From IMG/VR virus record IMGVR_UViG_3300047564_002169, positions 34,587-98,586 of that record: DNA of 64,000 bases. The stretch is one strand, 5' to 3'. A model generated the notes under the pieces. That model was not told the origin of the DNA and did not search any database. It saw only the letters and a program-made list of their open reading frames with translations. This document shows, in pieces, positions 38,703-46,304 of this stretch; the first letter of the stretch is position 1, and each line of letters starts with the position of its first letter. Position numbers and translations under genes: made by a program. Origin of the DNA: a virus.

Positions 38703-40070
38703 ATGATGGTAAAGGTAATAGTAGCAAAACAAAAATATGACGCTTCACATTTATTGGGACAATTCGTTGATGAACGACATTATGATGTCCTGGTTGAAGA
38801 AGACTGCGATGTTTATGCTCCACCTGACTGCGATCTTGGTACTCAGACTTCATGCTCGAATACATGCAATACTTGTGATAAGGGTATGGATGAGAAAAAG
38901 ATTATATTCAAGTTTCGTAAAAATTACTTTTCAAAAGAACTTCAAGAACAAGCGTACCTTGGTCTAAAAGAAGCCGCGACTGAAACACAGAATCGCGGTC
39001 TTGCTGCTGGTCCACGCGAAGGCAAACTTGGTAATCGTGAATGGGTTACTGATTATGAATTTGATGTTATTGATTACTTCAGTAACCCAAAGTCAAATCT
39101 ATTCGGCGCAGACCCTATTGAAGAAATAAAAGAATTGCATAAGAATAAACCTGCGCAACCATCCAATAAAAATAACGTGTGGTCTATCCAAGCAGTTAAA
39201 CAAGATGAGTTTGACTTCGAACGTTGGATTGAGATGGTTAAGCAGATGGAACCAGAAGATCAGAAAGCAGAAACCCGCAGGATGGTTCAGAGATATATCT
39301 GTCAAACCACATATGCTAATGGCGTTATGTCTGGTATCGCTGGGTGGTTCGACCGATATCCTCGTATCCCCTATGGTCGAGCGACATCATACACTGCCAA
39401 TAATTATGACAAATTCAAACAGTCCTTCCCATTTTTACAGCATCTTGCTGAGGGTTTTAAAGAGTTGTTACCTTGGCGGTATGGTAATCAGATGAAAGCG
39501 GCGAAAAAGTTGGACCCATCATTCTTGGTTCCTGGAACTCCATTTACTACGATCACAGTGAACAAAACCTTTCGAACTGCCGCACATTATGATGCAGGTG
39601 ATCTGGATACAGGTTTGTCCAATCTTTTAGTCCTTTCCAATAATGGTAATTACAGGGGTGGGTATTTAATAGCACCAGAATATCGAATTGCTGTCAATGT
39701 GCGCCCCGGCGATTTGTTATTGATTAATAATCATGAAGTTATGCATGGTAATACACCAATTGAATTGCTTGATGACCAAGCAGAACGTGTTTCATTGGTA
39801 TGTTACTTCCGCGAGAAGATGCTTGAGTTGGGTAGCAAACAATATGAAGATTGTCGTAGAGAATATGTTGAATCGCGCAGACTTAATAAAGACCACCCAG
39901 GGCACAAACATGAAGATGGTACAGAACGTCATTTGTGGAATGGCGTCAGTATTGGGATGTGGGAAGACAAAGAATGGTATGATTACTGTGAAGCTAAAAT
40001 CGGGCGCGAAGAAATGCTGAAGATGCATCCGGAAGCGAATAAAACTTCATTAGAGGAGTTTTTCGGATAA
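38703..40070 (+). CDS. TET/JBP-like 2-oxoglutarate-Fe(II) dioxygenase
   Basis: FTTITVN..FRTAAHYD (HxD), distal HGNT, R.SLVCYFRE; C-terminal SLEEFFG. Confidence 0.85.
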   Translation: MMVKVIVAKQKYDASHLLGQFVDERHYDVLVEEDCDVYAPPDCDLGTQTSCSNTCNTCDKGMDEKKIIFKFRKNYFSKELQEQAYLGLKEAATETQNRGLAAGPREGKLGNREWVTDYEFDVIDYFSNPKSNLFGADPIEEIKELHKNKPAQPSNKNNVWSIQAVKQDEFDFERWIEMVKQMEPEDQKAETRRMVQRYICQTTYANGVMSGIAGWFDRYPRIPYGRATSYTANNYDKFKQSFPFLQHLAEGFKELLPWRYGNQMKAAKKLDPSFLVPGTPFTTITVNKTFRTAAHYDAGDLDTGLSNLLVLSNNGNYRGGYLIAPEYRIAVNVRPGDLLLINNHEVMHGNTPIELLDDQAERVSLVCYFREKMLELGSKQYEDCRREYVESRRLNKDHPGHKHEDGTERHLWNGVSIGMWEDKEWYDYCEAKIGREEMLKMHPEANKTSLEEFFG

Positions 40071-40747
40071 TGTGTGCTATCGTAGGAGCAATCCTTATTG
40101 AACCTTCGAAAGAAGATTTGTTAATGTTGCATCGGGTTTTCCTCGAATCTAAAATTAGAGGAAAACACGCAACAGGAATCGCTTATGTCAAACATGATAA
40201 AGTTATTATTGAGAAGCATCCAGTGTCTGCTGATAAATTTCCTTTTAACTTCTCGAAATATATCAATGAAGATGGAAATCTTTACTTAATTGGACATTGT
40301 CGTTACAGCACTTCTGATCTTGAGTATAACCAACCAATTGGTGATGACGATTCTGCAATAGTTCATAATGGTGTCATCACTCAAGAATTGCCAGAAAATT
40401 GGAAAAACATTTATGGTTACGAGACTACAACTAAAAATGATAGTGAGTTAGTGCTACATTCTCCGGATCCACTGCGTGAGTTTAGTCATATGTCGATGGG
40501 CGTCTGCAAGATAACAAAAGATAAAAGATTGCAATTTTATCGCAATGGTAAGCGCCCATTATATTTGTCTTATGTTCCGAATGGGAGTATAATTACTTCT
40601 ACTAGAGATATAGCAAACCGTTCCGGAATCAATGGGAAGCATATTGAAATCCTGATGAACCACTATATCACATTTGATGAAAAACTTGTGATGATGATCG
40701 AAAAAGTCAACGTTGCGCATGCCGTGGATTACCAAATTGGAGTTTGA
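40070..40747 (+). CDS. Class II (Ntn) glutamine amidotransferase domain protein
   Basis: N-terminal MC, RG.HATG, GHCRYST, NQP, HNG.I, NDSE. Confidence 0.88.
   Translation: MCAIVGAILIEPSKEDLLMLHRVFLESKIRGKHATGIAYVKHDKVIIEKHPVSADKFPFNFSKYINEDGNLYLIGHCRYSTSDLEYNQPIGDDDSAIVHNGVITQELPENWKNIYGYETTTKNDSELVLHSPDPLREFSHMSMGVCKITKDKRLQFYRNGKRPLYLSYVPNGSIITSTRDIANRSGINGKHIEILMNHYITFDEKLVMMIEKVNVAHAVDYQIGV
40565..40593 (+). promoter_or_regulatory. Internal sigma70-type promoter for downstream modification genes
   Basis: TTGTCT-17-TATAAT. Confidence 0.5.
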
Positions 40748-41719
40748 ATGAAATATAATACTGATGAGTTTAGCTACGGAGTTGAGCTAGAGTATGGTGA
40801 TTGCTATCGCTTCTGCGAATTGCCGGATGGTGCTCAGTGGAATGATAAAGACAATACCTGTGTTAGCAGTACAGGTATTGCTAACGATCCAACTGGTAAG
40901 ATTTATGCTTATGGTGGCGAGATCAACACCCGTCCAACAATGACGATTGCTGAGCAAATTGAACACATTGCCAAGATTAATGCGGCATTATATCCTGCTC
41001 CGATTGTTAATTACCGGAGCAACCTTCATATTCACATTCGTGTACCAAATCTTCATAATAATCTCGAGGATTGTAAGAATCTGTTACGCTATATTGAATG
41101 CTACCAGCAACAGGCATTTGATATCGTTGAAACCATTCCTGTCCCAAACAAAAATGTTCTGCCGCCAGAACAATACGAGTGGGCACTGAAGCGTATGAAG
41201 CGCCGTAAGAAGTCACATCAGCATAAGTTACCCCCTGCTCGAGTTGCAGAGATGTTAGCCTCAGATAATACCTACGACTTCTATGTTAAACACGCGCACA
41301 AAGATGCCAAGGGCGAACCTTCATGGTTCCAATGCCCGCGAGCAGGCATCAATCTGCGTCAGATGTGGGAAGAAACAAACACAATCGAGTTTCGCCACTT
41401 CCCAGGAACGCTCGATATGGTTGAGATGGAATCATGTATTCGTTGGTGCAAAGAGTTTCTCAATGCGGCATTGAACGAAGAAGATGTCTCTCCACGCGAA
41501 TTCCATGCTGAAAGCGTGTGGAAGTTTCCTGACTTTCAACCATATGAGTTTGAGACTGAACAAGTATATCAGTGGACCAACTTTGATGGTAATACAAAGA
41601 AGGATATTGAGAAGCGTATTGCTGCGCTCAGAAAAGAAATAGACATCGATGCAATCGGTAAAGTTACATCCCTTGATGTATTTCCTATCATGCGTCGTTT
41701 ACAATCAGAGGGTTTATGA
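40748..41719 (+). CDS. Putative COOH-NH2 amidoligase (GS/GCS fold)
   Basis: YGVELEY (ExE), GEINT.P, LHIHI, R..IN, TIEFRHF.GT. Confidence 0.8.
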   Translation: MKYNTDEFSYGVELEYGDCYRFCELPDGAQWNDKDNTCVSSTGIANDPTGKIYAYGGEINTRPTMTIAEQIEHIAKINAALYPAPIVNYRSNLHIHIRVPNLHNNLEDCKNLLRYIECYQQQAFDIVETIPVPNKNVLPPEQYEWALKRMKRRKKSHQHKLPPARVAEMLASDNTYDFYVKHAHKDAKGEPSWFQCPRAGINLRQMWEETNTIEFRHFPGTLDMVEMESCIRWCKEFLNAALNEEDVSPREFHAESVWKFPDFQPYEFETEQVYQWTNFDGNTKKDIEKRIAALRKEIDIDAIGKVTSLDVFPIMRRLQSEGL

Positions 41720-42138
41720 AAGTATTGTTCCTTTGCCATGGCAATGTAAATCGCAGCGCAGCTGCGGAGATTATCACTAAGCAAGACTATCCTCACATTG
41801 AAGTTAAGTCAGCTGGGCTTAAGACTACAGATGGTAGGATCACTGCCAAGAAGATGCGTGAGGTTCTTAATCATCATGGTTACAAGACAGAGGGCATTCG
41901 TTCCACTGCAGTCACTCAAGAGTTGGTTGATTGGGCAGATGAAATTTTCTATATGGACGATGCGAATAAAAAGAGATTTGTCGATAAATTCGGAGACTTA
42001 TCGAAGGCACAGAAGCTGTCTAATTTAATTCCTGGAGTTAACAAGATTCCAGATCCAGCATTTGCCGATGGTACTGATATGCACCATGAAGTTGTTAACC
42101 TAATTAAGACTGCTCTGAATACATGGACTACCGCTTAA
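41716..42138 (+). CDS. LMW protein-tyrosine-phosphatase/ArsC-fold phosphatase
   Basis: VLFLCHGNVNRS (CX5RS), SAG, AD.I..MD, IPDP. Confidence 0.88.
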   Translation: MKVLFLCHGNVNRSAAAEIITKQDYPHIEVKSAGLKTTDGRITAKKMREVLNHHGYKTEGIRSTAVTQELVDWADEIFYMDDANKKRFVDKFGDLSKAQKLSNLIPGVNKIPDPAFADGTDMHHEVVNLIKTALNTWTTA

Positions 42139-43139
42139 CAGACAATCGTAGAGAAGCATTTATACGCTGGTACGCATGGTCGTTAAAATATGATGATTGC
42201 GACCCTGCTGTTTGGGCTACGAATTATCTAAACAAACGCTATGAGCACAATGACGAACAGCGTCTATGGCTCTGCTGGTTATATGGTAACACATATTATC
42301 TGCCAACATCATGGATTCTCATGAATGAATTTCCAGACTTTGAGTTGGCTACGGTAGATCGTATGGAGCAATGGAACACTGCTAATTATAAACGACTGCG
42401 GTATCAAACAGACACGAAGTGGAATAAAGGACATCTCCCATCCATGTTCGCGTCTTATCAAACATTTATTGGAAATAAAACACAACGAGAATTGTTAGAG
42501 TCATATTATGGACACAATGAGGAAGAAAATTTTGATAACTTGTGGAAAAGCGTTAAAAGTGGTTTGCATAAATTCGGGCGTTACAGCACTTGGTTTTATC
42601 TTCAGCATCTTAAGCACACCGCTAATATTCGGATCAATCCTACTTCTCTTATGTTGGACGATTTTGATGGTTCTCGTTCTCATCGTAATGGGCTTCTGTT
42701 CGCCCTCGCACAAGAGCACAATGTGGATAGAAAACTCACTGCTGGAGAGTATTCGAATCTTGAGTCTCAAGCCTATGACATTCTTTGTGAGACGAAAACT
42801 AGATTTCCAGAACTCGCGAAATCTATAGATTATTTTACTATGGAAACTTGTCTGTGTTCATTCAAAAAAGTTTTTCGTGAACGTCACGGTCGCTATCTCG
42901 GGTATTACCTAGATCGTCAGGCTGAAGAAATTATGCAGTGTGAACAAGATGGATGGTATGGTATCGATTGGGATGTTTTATGGCAAGCGCGTGAAGAAAC
43001 GATTGACTCCAGGCTAGACCATAAACGAGGTATTGATAAAGAAAAGTTTTCTTGGTTTTTACACACTGGTAAATTTCAAAATTTAGAATGGATGTTTAAT
43101 GATGAGTGCGCGGTTTTAATTGGATTGGAGAATTTTTAA
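42123..43139 (+). CDS. aGPT-PPase clade 2-like amino acid:DNA transferase
   Basis: D.DP....L, W...YG.TY, FGRYS.WFY, ET.LC.FKK, Y.GYY.DR...E; helix-hairpin-helix glycosylase-like pattern. Confidence 0.72.
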   Translation: MDYRLTDNRREAFIRWYAWSLKYDDCDPAVWATNYLNKRYEHNDEQRLWLCWLYGNTYYLPTSWILMNEFPDFELATVDRMEQWNTANYKRLRYQTDTKWNKGHLPSMFASYQTFIGNKTQRELLESYYGHNEEENFDNLWKSVKSGLHKFGRYSTWFYLQHLKHTANIRINPTSLMLDDFDGSRSHRNGLLFALAQEHNVDRKLTAGEYSNLESQAYDILCETKTRFPELAKSIDYFTMETCLCSFKKVFRERHGRYLGYYLDRQAEEIMQCEQDGWYGIDWDVLWQAREETIDSRLDHKRGIDKEKFSWFLHTGKFQNLEWMFNDECAVLIGLENF

Positions 43140-43453
43140 TGATAACTACTACTTATTATAATGATGCAGACGCAATTGATCACTTGATATCGAAATGGAA
43201 CTTCAATCGCCTTGTCATCAAACATAGCGTATCAGAATTACAGATAGCGTCTCTTGGAATGGAGCATTCAAATTCATATACTACTGCGATTAAAGAAATG
43301 CTGTCGAAGCGCGCTGCTCAAGCTCTGGTGAGTAAAATCGCGTTCACCAGAAGATATGATTATAACAGTTTCACTCATGAATTTATAGGGCGTGTTTGGT
43401 GTTTCACTGAGCAGGAATTGCAACAACTAATTAAGGAAGCTCGAAATGTTTAA
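43139..43453 (+). CDS. Hypothetical protein
   Basis: Coupled ORF (TAATG) inside the modification operon. Confidence 0.55.
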   Translation: MITTTYYNDADAIDHLISKWNFNRLVIKHSVSELQIASLGMEHSNSYTTAIKEMLSKRAAQALVSKIAFTRRYDYNSFTHEFIGRVWCFTEQELQQLIKEARNV

Positions 43454-44051
43454 TGATAAGTTAGGTACTTCGGACAGCGTCAATATTCAGAAAGTGACCA
43501 ACTCTATGAAAGTTCGCAAACTTATTGCAGTTGGTGGTAGCCCAGGAACAGGTAAAACTACTCTTTTTCGTAAATTTATGGAGGGTAAATCTTGGATTCA
43601 AGTCGAGCCAGCCAAACTGATTTCTGCTATGTATAATGCAGAACTAGATCTATATGTCCTAGGTAAATACGAAGAAGGTGAAACCTTCGCCGGAACTGAT
43701 CGCCTTTCTATGGCAGTTCAGCCGCCAATGCAAGAATGGATCGCTTCCCACAACTGCAACATTCTTTTTGAGGGTGACCGAATTTTTAATCAGTCTTTTC
43801 TAGAATTCGCTATGGGGCTTCCGCATACTGACCTACAGGTAGTTATCTTAACTGCACCCAAAGAACTCTTAGAACAACGCTATAAAGACCGTGGTTCAGA
43901 GCAATCTGAACAATTTCTAAGAGGGCGAGAAACCAAATACAGTAAAATTCAATCAAACTTTGACTTGATGTCATATATCACTGAGTTTAAAAACACCAAT
44001 TTAGACGATCAGGCGAAGGTTCTTACATTTCTGAATAAACATTTAGGGTGA
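43446..44051 (+). CDS. P-loop nucleotide/DNA kinase
   Basis: GGSPGTGKTT, GKY....FAGTD.LS, FEGDR, R...RGS. Confidence 0.82.
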   Translation: MFNDKLGTSDSVNIQKVTNSMKVRKLIAVGGSPGTGKTTLFRKFMEGKSWIQVEPAKLISAMYNAELDLYVLGKYEEGETFAGTDRLSMAVQPPMQEWIASHNCNILFEGDRIFNQSFLEFAMGLPHTDLQVVILTAPKELLEQRYKDRGSEQSEQFLRGRETKYSKIQSNFDLMSYITEFKNTNLDDQAKVLTFLNKHLG

Positions 44052-44115
44052 ATGCGAAAGAAGTATCGAGGAATACAAAGACCTAAATAGTAGATTATTT
44101 TAGGGATTCGCAGAT

Positions 44116-44916
44116 ATGGCTCAAGAAGGGTTTCTTTATGAAGAAAAGGCTTATGCCGCTCTTCACAAATATAATATAACTACAGGTGGAACTGCAAGAG
44201 CATCCCACGACAAACCAGATTTGACCATACAAAAAGGTAAGACTAAAATTGGTTGTGAATTAAAAAATTCACCAACTGCAGCAGGTTCATTGGTTTTAAA
44301 ATATATAAACGGTAGCTGGGAATATGGGGACACAGGCGATGAAGATTCTCCAGAAAAAGATTTTCTAAAAGCTCTTGGTGTTTCTGCTAGATTATTACAA
44401 ACAATGACCAGTAAATGGAAGGGTAAAACACCCATGCTTCAAAATGAGCCTTCCGGTAAGAAAAAACTTGCTATTGGTAGTTGGAGTGTTTTAGCTGATA
44501 AAGATAGAGCGTATAAGCATGACTTGGCTATGTTCGGTGGACAAAATGAGGTGCATATTGATGTAGGCGCAAAGGCAGTTTGCGATTATTATTTAACTAA
44601 AAAATGTTCATATATCAATATTGGTACTCATGGATTTTTTACCTTAAATGGTAAAGACGCGCTGGGATTGAATAAAAAACTTAGAGACTTAAAACATCCA
44701 CTTATTCCTAATTTTGCCAACAGTGCTTCTTGTAAAATTAGAGTTAGGGTTCAAGTTAAAAGCACTTCTAAAAAAGACTATCAGTTTGTTATGACATTGC
44801 AGTTTAGTAATGTCATAAAGTCACCATATAATATCGCCCCTTTAAAAACAGGTTCAAAATCTGATATTGACTTAACTAAACTTAACGCAGACCCTATACT
44901 AATGGCATTTACATAA
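44116..44916 (+). CDS. Putative PD-(D/E)xK nuclease
   Basis: E in N-terminal helix, KPDL ... ELK; late promoter CCTAAATA at 44082. Confidence 0.6.
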   Translation: MAQEGFLYEEKAYAALHKYNITTGGTARASHDKPDLTIQKGKTKIGCELKNSPTAAGSLVLKYINGSWEYGDTGDEDSPEKDFLKALGVSARLLQTMTSKWKGKTPMLQNEPSGKKKLAIGSWSVLADKDRAYKHDLAMFGGQNEVHIDVGAKAVCDYYLTKKCSYINIGTHGFFTLNGKDALGLNKKLRDLKHPLIPNFANSASCKIRVRVQVKSTSKKDYQFVMTLQFSNVIKSPYNIAPLKTGSKSDIDLTKLNADPILMAFT

Positions 44917-44939
44917 AAATGAAGAACCTTGGTAAAAAT

Positions 44940-46304
44940 ATGTTAACGTTTAATGCGTTTTTAAAAGAAGTGGTTCAACCCCAAACTTTGTTGTGGGAGG
45001 AGCTACTAATAGAAGCAAAAAACGCTCGTGAGAACGATGACATGGGTAAATTCAACGAACTGCGTTTAGCATATCATTTATCGCATGAGGATTCCTCCCA
45101 AAAACGTATGCCAGAACATCATCGTTCTAAAAATAAAGAAGACCCATTACATAATGGCGACCCGCAAACAGTACACGACAACATTCTTGGTAGATTGGAT
45201 CCTAAAAAAGCTAACATGATCGATGTTGGCGCAGATGATTCTGCTAATGCTTGGAGAAAACAAACTCTTAAACCTGGTGAAAAAGTTGGTAAAGTTTACT
45301 GGACATCTAATCGTGACACAGTTAAAAAAAATGGAGATCTAACTCCTGGAGATCATTTTAAAACTACTGGTGTTCATGACCCAAACTCTAACGCTGATTT
45401 GATGGCGCAGATAGTTCATCACAAAACTGGTGATCATATTAGATGGGAACCGATCTCTGCTAAGATTGGTAAGAATGATCCTAATCTATCAAATCCTGGA
45501 ATATCTTCTCTTGAGAAAATGTCAAATCATGAAGCTGGGCATTTTTCAAATATGGAAACTCCTCACACAGATCATGTCGTTAGCTTGGGTTATCATCCGG
45601 ATAGCCGCGATGACCGTCATGCTCAGTGGAAAATTGACGCATTAGCCACCAATCAAAAAGAAGGCGGTATTGATGCAGTTCGTAAAGAAGTCGCTGATTT
45701 AAAATCAAGACATGAACGCGGAGAAAAGTTAGAATCCAATCATAAGAAGTATATTGCGCACGGTGAAACGTGGTTGAATACTTATGATAGTTTAAAACCA
45801 GAGCAACAACAAGAAATGATGGCTAAAGCTAAACACCGCGCTCAGTCTGCTGTTGATTCTTCATTACATATTAGAAAAGCGATCACACAAAAGATTTCTG
45901 ACGGCTTGAATGCTCGCGTTAAAAAGAATGAAGATGGAACATTTGACGATTCTGACTTAAGAGCTACTCTTTATAAGAGTTACGCTCCAGAAACTAGATT
46001 CAAACATAAGATTGTTCATTCCAGAATTTCTTCAGATGGTAATACTATCACCCCAGAAGTTCATGATGCAGACGGATATGCAAAAGATCATTTCAATCGT
46101 TTTGCTAATTTAAGAGTTGTCGCTGGCGATGGCATTACGTCATATGTTAAAGGACACCTAAAAGACGAGAAAGGTGATATTGTTAAAGATAAAAATGGTA
46201 ATCCTAAAGAAATGTCTGTCGCGCAAATTGCTATCAAGGGTACTTCCGGTCCAATGATGGGTAATGCTGGCTCAATGAGTCTTATCAATCGTAAGGATGA
46301 ATAA
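44940..46304 (+). CDS. Putative internal head protein, possible degenerate PD-(D/E)xK nuclease
   Basis: N-terminus MLTFNAFLKE (capsid-targeting-like); G.FNE, NAD ... ISAK. Confidence 0.6.
   Translation: MLTFNAFLKEVVQPQTLLWEELLIEAKNARENDDMGKFNELRLAYHLSHEDSSQKRMPEHHRSKNKEDPLHNGDPQTVHDNILGRLDPKKANMIDVGADDSANAWRKQTLKPGEKVGKVYWTSNRDTVKKNGDLTPGDHFKTTGVHDPNSNADLMAQIVHHKTGDHIRWEPISAKIGKNDPNLSNPGISSLEKMSNHEAGHFSNMETPHTDHVVSLGYHPDSRDDRHAQWKIDALATNQKEGGIDAVRKEVADLKSRHERGEKLESNHKKYIAHGETWLNTYDSLKPEQQQEMMAKAKHRAQSAVDSSLHIRKAITQKISDGLNARVKKNEDGTFDDSDLRATLYKSYAPETRFKHKIVHSRISSDGNTITPEVHDADGYAKDHFNRFANLRVVAGDGITSYVKGHLKDEKGDIVKDKNGNPKEMSVAQIAIKGTSGPMMGNAGSMSLINRKDE

Noticed and set aside
38829-38877. Radical SAM enzyme suggested by CxxxCxxC
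   Set aside because: The rest of the protein has 2OG-Fe(II) dioxygenase motifs, not a radical SAM barrel
41716-42138. Arsenate reductase / arsenic resistance
   Set aside because: Lacks the extra redox cysteines of thioredoxin-coupled ArsC and has no ars context; it sits inside the modification operon
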